Shown here: piece by piece, positions 28,201-37,441 of the stretch | How the letters are laid out: the number at the start of each line of letters is the position of its first letter | How positions within the stretch are numbered: position 1 is the stretch's first letter | Source of the DNA: a virus | Lineage: Duplodnaviria > Caudoviricetes | IMG/VR virus record: IMGVR_UViG_3300020352_000501 | Span: 1 to 45,016 of that record | Strand: one strand, 5' to 3' | DNA length: 45,016 nucleotides | Translations under genes and position numbers: made by a program | The notes under the pieces: generated by a model | Database searches by the model: none | What the model saw: the letters and a program-made list of their open reading frames with translations, nothing else | What the model was told of the DNA's origin: nothing

Positions 28201-31200
28201 CTGAGATATCCATGATTGGTATATAATGCCACCTCGCCAACTTGATCTAACTTTGAAGAAAATCCATCTTTAATCCATTGTTCTGACATTTGGTGGCCAG
28301 GAATTATCAAACTATCACCTACATGATAATTCCTACCACCATTAGAACTAATTGATACTGCACAATTTTGAGTACCAGATATATCAATATCAAAAAGAGC
28401 CCCAGAGCCCACACTGTTTTGTGGTTTTACTTTAGTTACGGAGTCTGTATTTAAGGCAGTACCTATAACATTTGTTATACCTGTTATACCACCCGCCACA
28501 TCGACACTAGATATAACAAATGTTAAATTGTTGATAGAAGTACCACCAAGTTCTGTACCGGCTATTGTTATTGTTTCACCAACAATATAATTTCTGCCTC
28601 GGTCATTGAGAGCCGGATATCTTACATCATATGTCGTACCATTTTGTACCACATTGAATCGTGCATCGTATCCAGAACCGCCTGATAGGGCCGGACCAAA
28701 GGTTACTTTATGTGCATCGGGGAGAACATATCCACTTTGAACACTAAATGTATTGATGACACCACCGACAGCAATACCACTGACACTAAACAATACAATT
28801 CTTCCATCGTCATCAACAGCGTTTACAATAATAAACAATGAATTTGATGCATCTGTTCCGCCCAAATCACTACCCGCAATCGTAAACGTATCCCCAACTT
28901 CATAATTGCTAGTAGGAGAAAGCGTACTCCCATCCATATCGCTCAATAAAACGGCCTGTTTATGTGTGTATGGTAACTGTGCATCAACATCCCAAACCGC
29001 ACCTGTTCCATTTTTTGTGGTGGTGGTATATCCAGTAGAATTTATATCAGTATATGCTGCGCCACCAGAAACACTAGTAACATTAATAAGAATATCATTC
29101 TGTCCATCTACCCCATTTCTTCCTAATTCACTACCAAGAATTTTCACTACATCCCCAACCACATACAATTGAGATGCGGTATTAGAGTTTGTAGTGACAT
29201 TTAATGTATCAAGAGTTGTGTTCCATTCTAGGTCGAACAACAATCCAAACCCATGCCCCTGATCCAGAAATGCTTTTTGATCTTGTAACGTCACTGTCTG
29301 TGGAAAAATAGATGCGGAGTTTGCTGGCAAATTTAATGTGCCTAGTGTAATATTGACTGTGAGAATAGCTCCAGTTGCTGCATCAACGGATGCAACATCA
29401 AATTTTAAGTCGGAAAGATATCTTGATTCTGTTACAGAATTATGATTTAGGTTTATAAGCTCTGGTGTTGGATTCCGCACCGACATATCTTGACTTTTAA
29501 ACCTATACGATTCTACACCACCCTTATCTGCTTGGTTTGCATAATATCCCCAATACGGTACATCATTTTTTAAAGTTTTTCTATCAAAAGAATAAAAAGT
29601 TTCGAATCCATGTAAATAAAATACATCATCGCTGAGAGTATCCAAATTTTCTATGGATACCAGAGTATTTTTTGCATTAGATGGATAAGGAAGTGGATTA
29701 GTGCCATTAACATCTTGTTTATTATCATCATCCATCGTCGCAAGATCTATTTCAAAAATTGTTTCTGGATACTCACCTGCTTGTGGATTTTGTAAAAAAA
29801 CAACTTCATAATTTTCATTCTGTCCTCTAATATCTTCAACCGTGGCCACTGCTCCTGAGCCACCAAGTCCATCTGCATTAAATTCTATATGTTCTCCAGT
29901 AATATATCCATTGCCACCAGAAACAATTTCTAAATTATCAATAGCACCTTTAGTTGTATGTTCAATAAATGCAGCAAACCCCTGGCCACTACCACTACCA
30001 TTTGTGGCATAATAGTTTTGCAAACTAAGATTTCTAGGATAATTTGATCCGGGCGATACAATATCAAATCCAGTTACGCAATTATAAAGAGCTTCCGTAA
30101 AATTAGTTCCGTTTTGTTGATCTACTCTGATTTCTTCTTTTGCAGTAAATTCTCCAACTACATTGGTAATATAATATTCTCTAAATTTATAATCGCCTAA
30201 TGTTTTATCTTCATAACTTTGAACGGTTGCAGTCGCATTTGAGGTCGTGCCTGTTATTCGATATGGATCTGCAATTTTAGTTCCTTTTGGATTTTCTAAT
30301 TCTGTTGGTTTTGTACGAACGCTTACAGTAGTTTCCCATTGGTTATCACTTGTTTTGAAGGTAAAATCTTTTGGATAATAAAATTCTATATCCTCATTGA
30401 ATAGGGCCCGAAACAAAAATCTATAAGAATCTTCAGAACCTTTAGACTGATAAAATTCTTTCATAAATTTCAGAAAATTTGCCTGATTTGTATAACTACC
30501 CTTTTTCTCTTTCGATTCGCTTGCAACTTGGGCGATTGCAATATCACTACTATCAACTCCGATAGGAGGTTTAAATGTTGAAAGATTAAATCGTACTTTG
30601 ATTAAATCATTAATTCCATATGTGTACGGATCAGCGTTCCCATCTATAAATGTAATTTTATTGCCTGATAAACTATAATCGACATTTTCTGTCAATTCCG
30701 AATAATCGCCTAGAGAACCTAATGGATCTTTATCAGGAGAGGTGAGAAATTCAGATATTTCTTGCGTAGTTGTAAATCCACCACGGGCAGAACCATTGGA
30801 ATTAATGAAAACTCTGATATTAGTTACAACAGTATCAAAATCGCCGCCGAAATAATAGAAAGGATTAAAATAATCTAACTGAAAAACAGAAGAAACACCA
30901 TCTGTTAGCCAATGCTGATCTGACAAACTTTCTGTCGTAGTACCTGTATCAGATTCTTTATTCTTTTTTTGGTTTGTTTCTGATGCGGTCTTTGTTGCAG
31001 ATTTTATTCTAACTATGGTAGGCCACACTGACGCCAACTCATCCTTAAACATAGATGTGAAAATGTCGATAGTTTTGTCTATGTCTGCATAATTTTCAAG
31101 ATTTGTTGTCCTATGCGATGGATTCGACTCTTCTGCCATCCACTCATAATACAATTCCAAAAATCTAACGAATATTTTATAATCATCGTCTGATGCAATA

Positions 31201-31259
31201 TATTGCGGAAGTTGTGTCTTTATGCGGTCTGCGATATTAGATATGTTGTTTTTCTGCAT
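25281..31259 (-). CDS. gp7: Baseplate wedge initiator gp7-like, enlarged with repeats and a LamG-like domain (1992 aa)
   Basis: QLP.YI....F..FL..YYEW, FY.SKGS..SY.FLFR.LF.E, and I.DS..WQDFSYVVK....W...VK..LHPAG..MFG motifs. Lies between gp6 and gp8. Confidence 0.8.
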   Translation of the reverse strand: MQKNNISNIADRIKTQLPQYIASDDDYKIFVRFLELYYEWMAEESNPSHRTTNLENYADIDKTIDIFTSMFKDELASVWPTIVRIKSATKTASETNQKKNKESDTGTTTESLSDQHWLTDGVSSVFQLDYFNPFYYFGGDFDTVVTNIRVFINSNGSARGGFTTTQEISEFLTSPDKDPLGSLGDYSELTENVDYSLSGNKITFIDGNADPYTYGINDLIKVRFNLSTFKPPIGVDSSDIAIAQVASESKEKKGSYTNQANFLKFMKEFYQSKGSEDSYRFLFRALFNEDIEFYYPKDFTFKTSDNQWETTVSVRTKPTELENPKGTKIADPYRITGTTSNATATVQSYEDKTLGDYKFREYYITNVVGEFTAKEEIRVDQQNGTNFTEALYNCVTGFDIVSPGSNYPRNLSLQNYYATNGSGSGQGFAAFIEHTTKGAIDNLEIVSGGNGYITGEHIEFNADGLGGSGAVATVEDIRGQNENYEVVFLQNPQAGEYPETIFEIDLATMDDDNKQDVNGTNPLPYPSNAKNTLVSIENLDTLSDDVFYLHGFETFYSFDRKTLKNDVPYWGYYANQADKGGVESYRFKSQDMSVRNPTPELINLNHNSVTESRYLSDLKFDVASVDAATGAILTVNITLGTLNLPANSASIFPQTVTLQDQKAFLDQGHGFGLLFDLEWNTTLDTLNVTTNSNTASQLYVVGDVVKILGSELGRNGVDGQNDILINVTSVSGGAAYTDINSTGYTTTTKNGTGAVWDVDAQLPYTHKQAVLLSDMDGSTLSPTSNYEVGDTFTIAGSDLGGTDASNSLFIIVNAVDDDGRIVLFSVSGIAVGGVINTFSVQSGYVLPDAHKVTFGPALSGGSGYDARFNVVQNGTTYDVRYPALNDRGRNYIVGETITIAGTELGGTSINNLTFVISSVDVAGGITGITNVIGTALNTDSVTKVKPQNSVGSGALFDIDISGTQNCAVSISSNGGRNYHVGDSLIIPGHQMSEQWIKDGFSSKLDQVGEVALYTNHGYLRTDDIDKQFTEHLTSDELSIDFWYFRKSTAITTLGETESGLLSFNELSTGAQKTLLAQHPDGHLILSKSDGTAQGRDTTTLNTPVLSFGQWNHIAIYFSSGETSLYVNGERVDTTANQLLEYVTGTTVYLGARQGVAADFGVGDHTIGFFGSLRFTSGRRYEEYVSGPDTLITDDGTENPKSGGALSPIYANPVPSVEYVRQSIPVVSNFIATDAQTTHYLDYDPNQVVKVKINDANVVSGFTATSGTTITFSPALNENDKVYIKAFATLTDNLEYVIYDSDAPTANKNKISLRIFDSVNNVYSTYQLPDGRALRVKWDAKIRSEIVDTHLVTGGFGYFRSPNGYVQSQSLGYDSMGTGAMFIGHGTNIGGIDKIRINDAHLNSANDGFGIDYDTAPTFDLTGLGDGQAVVNAIVGPLCVSAGDFKTQSGFLSDENRITDSYLWQDFSYVVKVGRYIDEWRKIVKKVLHPAGLMMFGEYASVSGAEVRRGTEVWQQLIYEIIKNINVKMKNMDGAGRWTYLSFDTLPQDTNFLNSTGLKISYDNRQETANSYTDYIDDDGNTVNLYNGVGRGEVSDDTVGAASVDQGTGRYALLGADDIAAYDWYDVKKIALNYKDASGKDYGYYYESEIIGNTVTIYDTSDMIVTDDEWLNTQSWGKYKILSVTFWDSPIDRRVTFDVQFLGKYGNLPIDYGAPSYQTNKVEFRWDTVFRGNVDRNANYWVGAIMDGANPRDEKMIINISGRFNNNKEGDVPTLHTTWRSLERFKFYFTDVYPWERLSPMLFSPVEEIYDSPYWQTRHLSEGNGLSYVPRRGNNYNMWYYLPIDASADGDWVGNTDGTDHKWRNTRISEVTEKTDRKYRAVLDSYIDIRPAFLVMSEETPNSNTRKRMGPTNLSVERFKFNEKLQLLDYNVDRIDYDENQMTESTFLRYSEDGSLHAKTNFAPEASITTYDKNTPPITLEEINNNINSTLAD

Positions 31260-31261
31260 TT

Positions 31262-33316
31262 TTAGTATCCACCACCACTAGATCCAGAACTACCACCACT
31301 AGATCCAGAACTACCACTACTACTAGATCCGGCATTACTACTATAGACTCTATTTACAGAAGGAGTGGGGCCCACGGCAGAGGTTATAGATCCACTTGCT
31401 GTATTAAAACTGGTTTCTACACTTCTAGAAACGATCACTCTTTGGGTTGAAATTTCATAATTTTCATTGAAATCATCTGTATCTGGCAACATGGTAATTT
31501 CCAATTCGTCAAGATCCAAATAAATTATCTGATTCCTAACAGGAAAGATATCATTCGACGCAGGAACAGCCACAATGCCTATAGAGTCCCCTTGTAATAC
31601 ACTTGTGATTGATACACCAGACATTACTATAGTTCCGGTTGCATAATTTACAGTGCCACTCAGCGCGGTGCTATATACCTTTGAGTTGTTTGCTGTAACG
31701 GTGTAAAACCTGAGAGTACCCAAATTATTATCGTCAAGATAATAAACATCAGTCGAACCAGAAACATAAAATCCATTAGAATATATACTGCCCGGCTGTA
31801 GTGCATTACTAAAATTGAAAGTATATTCTGCGACTGTATTATATGTCACGGCATGTTCATTTATAAGAGACATGGTTGTAAGGTTGTTAGTTATTGAAGC
31901 GTCTGTTTGGTCGATCGCGGCCAATAATTGTGAATACCTAAAATAACTGTTAAAGTCGTTTAGAAATTTTCCGTCATAATCTATAATTGAATTTCTGACT
32001 GAATTTTTTAGTTCGCTCTCTTCTATAAGAGTCGATTCATCGTCATATTTAACCTGAACAGTTAATTTTAGTCTTAGAAATTCTGGATCTATGATAACAG
32101 GTTTCAGAGATATGACCGAATAATTTTGAGTCAATTTTGTAATAATATCATCTTTTTCGCTAGATGACAAATACAAACCATTATTAGGTTTTATAGACAT
32201 AAAAATTCTTCCATATTGCGGTGGGTCGTTATCCTCTCCGCCCCACACGTTCATAGATTCTGCCTGTGGAAATATTTTTGGAATAATAGTCATGTAATCT
32301 CTCGCGGTGACTGCCCTATTTTGTCCCTCAAAAGTTCTTGGTGCATAGAATTTAATAGATTCTACACTTTCCTTATCAGCACCACCGAAAGTCCTACCGA
32401 TAATTACCAAGTTATTTGGCGCAACGCTTTCAGAAGAGAGCCTCAGTCCATTAATACCTGACTTCCCAAGTAGAGACATTGTGCCTGTGAGTCCGTTGAC
32501 AGCAGATCCATCTGTTATCAAATATGTCAAATTTATAATATTGCCAGTTACTAATTCTTTTCCTAAAACACCATCGCCAAACAATACCTCATATTTCTCA
32601 TCGTTAGATTCTTGCAAAAAATATGCCTTTGTTATATCAGACAACCTCATCGTATCAGAGTTGATTTTAAATTCTTCGTAGTAAGAACTTTCTAAATTTT
32701 CACGAATCAATACTCTTAATGTACTTGTATCAACATTTGAATTTGATATCAAAAATTTCTGATTAGGGTCGGAAGTATCAACAGTATAATTTTCCGAAAC
32801 CTCTATGCCCTGCACAACCACAAGATCAAATATCTCATATACATGTTTGTATTGTCCATCGCCCAAGTCTTCAACTCTTTGCCTGTCAACCAACCGAGTG
32901 ATATCCGGAACAAACCTATAATCGATTCCTAAATCAGTAAATTTAAAAACAAAATTTCTATCTATTTTCAGTACTGACAATTCTGAATTTGTCCGGCCGG
33001 TGCTATTTGTTATTTCGAAAGTTGCAGAAATGGTAGCCCTTGCTGCTCTGGAAGATGTTGGTAGATAACCAAGAAGTTTTGCCTTGGATGCCACATTATT
33101 TCTCATTCTCGCCGTATCCAGAAACATTTCGTTTGCGATCATATTAAGATAGAATGAATTATAATATGTATTATATGATAACAAGTCTGTCAAACTACTA
33201 AGTGCAGAACCTTCAAAATTATAATCAGTGAAAGTTTCATCTGCAGCCATATAATTGGTAATAGAATTTTTAATAGAATTAAAATCTAATTCTGATATGT
33301 TAATATTTTTTGGCAT
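31262..33316 (-). CDS. gp6: Baseplate wedge subunit gp6
   Basis: ELDF..IK, FTDYNFEGS.LS.L.DLL.YNTYY, EMFLDTA..R, FGDG.LG, GG...ES.ESIK..AP....Q.RAVT..DY and WGGE...PP.YG. Confidence 0.95.
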   Translation of the reverse strand: MPKNINISELDFNSIKNSITNYMAADETFTDYNFEGSALSSLTDLLSYNTYYNSFYLNMIANEMFLDTARMRNNVASKAKLLGYLPTSSRAARATISATFEITNSTGRTNSELSVLKIDRNFVFKFTDLGIDYRFVPDITRLVDRQRVEDLGDGQYKHVYEIFDLVVVQGIEVSENYTVDTSDPNQKFLISNSNVDTSTLRVLIRENLESSYYEEFKINSDTMRLSDITKAYFLQESNDEKYEVLFGDGVLGKELVTGNIINLTYLITDGSAVNGLTGTMSLLGKSGINGLRLSSESVAPNNLVIIGRTFGGADKESVESIKFYAPRTFEGQNRAVTARDYMTIIPKIFPQAESMNVWGGEDNDPPQYGRIFMSIKPNNGLYLSSSEKDDIITKLTQNYSVISLKPVIIDPEFLRLKLTVQVKYDDESTLIEESELKNSVRNSIIDYDGKFLNDFNSYFRYSQLLAAIDQTDASITNNLTTMSLINEHAVTYNTVAEYTFNFSNALQPGSIYSNGFYVSGSTDVYYLDDNNLGTLRFYTVTANNSKVYSTALSGTVNYATGTIVMSGVSITSVLQGDSIGIVAVPASNDIFPVRNQIIYLDLDELEITMLPDTDDFNENYEISTQRVIVSRSVETSFNTASGSITSAVGPTPSVNRVYSSNAGSSSSGSSGSSGGSSGSSGGGY
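31271..31312. repeat. 2 x 21-bp exact tandem repeat in the Ser/Gly tail of gp6
   Basis: accaccactagatccagaact twice, encoding SSGSSGG units. Confidence 0.9.
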
Positions 33317-33826
33317 CTATCTTACTCTTTTTATTTTTAGGTTATATGTTAGAACCTCTGTCATTGGTATCACTCTATAAACAACTTGTATGTTTATAAG
33401 ATTTCTATCGGTACTACCGGCTGTAGCATTACCACCAACTTGCCGCCTCATTTTTTTATCACGCAATGATCCAGAGTCTCTATCTGGAGTCAAACTTACA
33501 CTCATAATCGCAACTCTTGGTTCATAATTAATCAATGCTGCTTTTATTCGTTCAGTTATATTTATTTCCAATGCGCTAGTGCCATTTCCAAAATACGGGA
33601 TCTGTTCGAATAAAGTGTCATAAATATTTCCACCAAAATCAGGTTGAAATGGTCTCTCGCCCCTATTCGTTAAAATAATGTTTGCAATGCTTTGTTCAAT
33701 AGCAGGATATCGAGACCTTCTATGGTTGTCCACCAATGTACGAATATCAGTCTTTTTACCAAGAAGTTGCCTTTTGGTAAATTTTAAATCAAAGTCTATG
33801 TTTTTTACTGTGTCGGCGTATGCCAT
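33317..33826 (-). CDS. gp25: Baseplate wedge subunit gp25
   Basis: AI.QSI.NIILT..GERPF.PDFG......LFE and I..A...YEPRV motifs. Lies between gp5 and gp6. Confidence 0.93.
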   Translation of the reverse strand: MAYADTVKNIDFDLKFTKRQLLGKKTDIRTLVDNHRRSRYPAIEQSIANIILTNRGERPFQPDFGGNIYDTLFEQIPYFGNGTSALEINITERIKAALINYEPRVAIMSVSLTPDRDSGSLRDKKMRRQVGGNATAGSTDRNLINIQVVYRVIPMTEVLTYNLKIKRVR

Positions 33827-33836
33827 TTTTGCGTTC

Positions 33837-36131
33837 CTATGGGTTTAAGTCTATTCTTGGGGCCTTAATTGTGGTATTACCACCACTTTTGGTGTCAAGA
33901 GATTTTCCAATATCTGCATTCACCGCTCCAGATACCTTTATATTGACGTCTTTATCTACAACAATATTTAGAGTACCGCGCACATATATGTTATCATTGC
34001 CAAAGACGATCTCATAATTATCTTTTACTACTTTTGTAACCATACTTCCATCTGGATGCATTTCTTGGAATGTTCCAGTTCTATGTTCAAGGTTTATTCT
34101 TTCAGCGCCTGGAGTATCATCAAATTCTTGGAGATGGCCGCTTTCAGTAAACAAGACTTTATTGTATGGATATTCGGTTGCATATGGTGATGCCGGTTCA
34201 GAAAATAATTCTGTTGTCACTAGCGTTTTATTTTTTTCCTCGACGGCATATGGCTTCGGTGGTGGAGAACCACCGCCTCCAGCCTGGGCAGGTGCAGTAG
34301 AATAACCATCCGTTGTAGTCTGTCCAGCAGCCTCGGCAGCGTCCTGTTGTGCCCTACTAGAAGAATCTTGTACAGAATCGGGTGCCTTTTCCCATATCAC
34401 ATCTCCATCTTTTAAATTCGATGTCTGTGGGCCGCCATCATCACCTGAAGTACCCGCAACCGTTGCCCTAAAGACAGTCTGTTCGATATACGCAGATCCA
34501 TCTGCGCCTTTCAACATACGCCGAGCATTAGTTTCATGTCCAGACATTTGATTGTTTACTTTATCTCTGACCGTACCCTTCGCTCCGCCGGCTGCCGCAT
34601 CAGACCGTCCATAATACTTTTCACCAACTCCGCCGGCGTTGATTGCAGAATAAACTTCTAATCTACCATGACCCGCCACTACACCATGGGCCCGTAAATA
34701 TTTTACCACTGCGCCGTTGGGCCCCAGTTGTGTATCAATTGATCGTTGTTTTGTACTAAAATCAACACCATGTTCTTCTGCCTGCGGTTCTCCAAATTGA
34801 ATATATCCTCTGTGCGTACCCCATTTTGTTGTTGGACCTTTTTTCTGTGGGTCGAGAGTCCCACCAGTTTCATATGACATGACAGTACCAAGATCAAGTG
34901 CAGATATACCTAATGTCGCTGCAGCAGCGATTGTACCACTTCTAACAGTCCATGGCGGACCACCCGCCCCTTGATTTTGTTTTTCTAATTCTGTAAGTGC
35001 GGGAGATCTAACATAATCTCCTTCATTATAAGAATTTGTTGGTTTCCATTCTTCGATTTCAACACTCGGTGGTGCGGATCCTGTAGAATTTGGTGTGGGT
35101 GTCATACCTTCCGATGGGTGTCCGTATTTTTTTCCGACAGTGGTATCCACGGCCGATGGATTTGAGGGAGTTTGTGCCCCTGTTGCGGGATCTGGTACAA
35201 CACCATTTCTTTTCAATTTTACAGAACCACGTTCGCCAGATGCCATACTAAAGTGCATTGCATCTTTTTTACTATTCCAATCACCACCCCAACCGAGGCC
35301 ATATTTTTTTGCAATCGCTGAAGTGTTTGACGGCATGTCAGAAATAAAAGTATTACTATATGGATTTTCTTTTGGGTTGATATCAATCGCGGCACCAGAG
35401 GCATGATAACTCCAGGCCCCAGTTCCTGCCGCGCTCTTTCTATGCACATATCCACCTATACTATAAATTGTATATCCATTTGGATGGTTTGGTGCTGGAG
35501 TTTTTTCGAATTCGTTTATAAACGCTTGAAAGTTGTCTGCATATGCAGTTGCAATATATGTGCTCTTACCATTTTTAGTTGTAATTTTTGAAAGTCTTTC
35601 GCGGTTTGTTGCATCGTCAGCCACTTCACCTTCGTTCATTGCCTTGCCGTGGTTAGAGTGTTGTGCGGTTCCTGCACCGGCACCGTTATCATCACCAGCA
35701 CCAGTATCAACACCAACACCGCGAGCGTGCCTATTTACATCTGCTTCGTTTTTCGTGGAAGCGCCAGGCGTCCTCTCATCATCCGATGGGTAAAGTCCAT
35801 CACCAGAACCCGTAGAATCATTTCCAGGCTTTCCATACACAGTTCCCCAAATAATCGGGTCTTGTCCCATCTCACCATCTCTAAAAAATCCCATAACCCA
35901 AGAGCCCGGAAGTGCGCCTGTTGGTGACTGTCCAATACCAGAAATGGCGGCAGATGTAATAGGCATAAGTGCTGCACACCAAGGAAGTTCATTTGTTGGT
36001 AATTCAGATTTGTCATCTGTATGCCACCCAAAAATTCTAACTCTAACTCTACCCAAAGCCTCTGGGTCGACGACATCTTCAATAATCCCCTGCCACCAAG
36101 TTAAACCTTCGCGCCCTGTAAAATAATTCAT
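33837..36131 (-). CDS. gp5: Baseplate hub/central spike gp5 with M15-family peptidase and lysozyme-like domains
   Basis: OB-fold N-terminus (WWQG..ED..DP..LGRVRVRIFG.H, LPW, G.WV.GFF.DG...Q.P) and C-terminal YPYNKV..TESGH..EFDDTPG.ERI...H.TGT plus a short beta-helix. Internal SYHASGAAIDIN...WGGDW...DAMHF and SYETGG..DP...GYIQFG. Confidence 0.92.
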   Translation of the reverse strand: MNYFTGREGLTWWQGIIEDVVDPEALGRVRVRIFGWHTDDKSELPTNELPWCAALMPITSAAISGIGQSPTGALPGSWVMGFFRDGEMGQDPIIWGTVYGKPGNDSTGSGDGLYPSDDERTPGASTKNEADVNRHARGVGVDTGAGDDNGAGAGTAQHSNHGKAMNEGEVADDATNRERLSKITTKNGKSTYIATAYADNFQAFINEFEKTPAPNHPNGYTIYSIGGYVHRKSAAGTGAWSYHASGAAIDINPKENPYSNTFISDMPSNTSAIAKKYGLGWGGDWNSKKDAMHFSMASGERGSVKLKRNGVVPDPATGAQTPSNPSAVDTTVGKKYGHPSEGMTPTPNSTGSAPPSVEIEEWKPTNSYNEGDYVRSPALTELEKQNQGAGGPPWTVRSGTIAAAATLGISALDLGTVMSYETGGTLDPQKKGPTTKWGTHRGYIQFGEPQAEEHGVDFSTKQRSIDTQLGPNGAVVKYLRAHGVVAGHGRLEVYSAINAGGVGEKYYGRSDAAAGGAKGTVRDKVNNQMSGHETNARRMLKGADGSAYIEQTVFRATVAGTSGDDGGPQTSNLKDGDVIWEKAPDSVQDSSSRAQQDAAEAAGQTTTDGYSTAPAQAGGGGSPPPKPYAVEEKNKTLVTTELFSEPASPYATEYPYNKVLFTESGHLQEFDDTPGAERINLEHRTGTFQEMHPDGSMVTKVVKDNYEIVFGNDNIYVRGTLNIVVDKDVNIKVSGAVNADIGKSLDTKSGGNTTIKAPRIDLNP

Positions 36132-37441
36132 TTACCACCTCCACCAAGATTAGATCTACCTATACTGGCCACGTCACCTTGTGCTGTTGGCGGATCTGCT
36201 GGAAGTTCTCTGTTGAACGAGTCTTTCACTAATTCCAAGTCCTGTTCATACTGCCCCAACATCATTCTGTGTTGGATTGCAGTGATAAGATATTTTCCAC
36301 TATATTGTTCATTTATCGCATCTGGTTCGACAATACTGTATGCCGGAATTTGTAGATCAACGGTGTCACCAACGGTCAATTTATGATCACCAAATACAGT
36401 AATAGTACACTTAATATTTTTCATTAACTGCTGGAAAAACATTCTTTGGAGAAAAATTTTCTCTGCATTAAACATTGGCGATCCAGAATTGATTTCAATT
36501 TCTGGTTGTATGTATAAAGTTTCTGGTTCGTATTGTTCACCCTTACCACTAACATCGTGAATGGGCCCGTCATTCATATACTCATATTTATCACTATCTT
36601 CCCAATACGAATGTTTATATTCTTTTTTAGTCCTAGTTAAGAGGTCGATAGTGTGTAATTTGGTATTATACATACCACTTGTGATGTTATCTAGTACCGA
36701 AAACGCAGAATCGAAACTATAATCCAAAACTTTTTTATTCTCTTCGTTTGAGTTAAAACTAGAATTTGGCATATCACCAACAATAAAAGAATTTTTAGAT
36801 TCCTGTTGTGTGTAATATTCTAATGGTTTGAATTGATATGATTGCGTATTCTCAAAAAAGACATACGAAGAACTTTTATATGTATCGGAAAACGCGCGGC
36901 GTGTCAAGAAAGATATGGCCTTTAGTGGGGTAAACGAAGGAATAACAAAAGCAGTTTCGTTTTCATATCTATCATCACTTTCTTCAACTTCAAGTGTTTT
37001 TTTAGACTCAAGTTTTTCAAAACATTTTTGGGCGATTTCAGTCGCACTACCACTAAACTGTTTTGATATTCTAGTATTGAAATTATTAATCATATCTTCT
37101 GTTGATAGATGCAATGTAAAAAATAGAGTGCTATTTTCAGTATAAACGTCTGAAATTTTTGTCACAATCATATTCAATGTAGTTTCTGTCTTGTCAACAT
37201 TCTTAGAGGAGTATGAAAGTTCCACTTTTTCTTGTCCAATGATAGGCAAAAATCTCATCATACCGCTAGTGTCTGCAAAAGAAATAGTCGCAGTTATACT
37301 AGAAGAAAAAATATCTTCGTATATTCTCATAGTCCTATAAAACTGCAACATGTTTGCTTCATCGAAGTCGTTATGTGCGGTTATTTTCAATTGGGATATT
37401 TCAAAATCGCCTGGGCGACTATACTCCGATGATCCGGCCAT
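36128..37441 (-). CDS. Baseplate hub protein (gp27-like)
   Basis: IYEDIFS..IT......D....LPI.G.E, P..AI..L, Y.FFE....Y.F, G...L..GD.V.L and SGKYLI..I.H motifs typical of gp27/GpD-like hub proteins. Lies between gp53 and gp5 with an ATGA overlap. Confidence 0.65.
   Translation of the reverse strand: MAGSSEYSRPGDFEISQLKITAHNDFDEANMLQFYRTMRIYEDIFSSSITATISFADTSGMMRFLPIIGQEKVELSYSSKNVDKTETTLNMIVTKISDVYTENSTLFFTLHLSTEDMINNFNTRISKQFSGSATEIAQKCFEKLESKKTLEVEESDDRYENETAFVIPSFTPLKAISFLTRRAFSDTYKSSSYVFFENTQSYQFKPLEYYTQQESKNSFIVGDMPNSSFNSNEENKKVLDYSFDSAFSVLDNITSGMYNTKLHTIDLLTRTKKEYKHSYWEDSDKYEYMNDGPIHDVSGKGEQYEPETLYIQPEIEINSGSPMFNAEKIFLQRMFFQQLMKNIKCTITVFGDHKLTVGDTVDLQIPAYSIVEPDAINEQYSGKYLITAIQHRMMLGQYEQDLELVKDSFNRELPADPPTAQGDVASIGRSNLGGGGK

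Noticed and set aside
31262-31345. Ser/Gly repeat at the end of gp6 as a contingency locus
   Set aside because: In-frame 21-bp unit at the extreme C-terminus. Such low-complexity tails are common and cannot switch the gene off.
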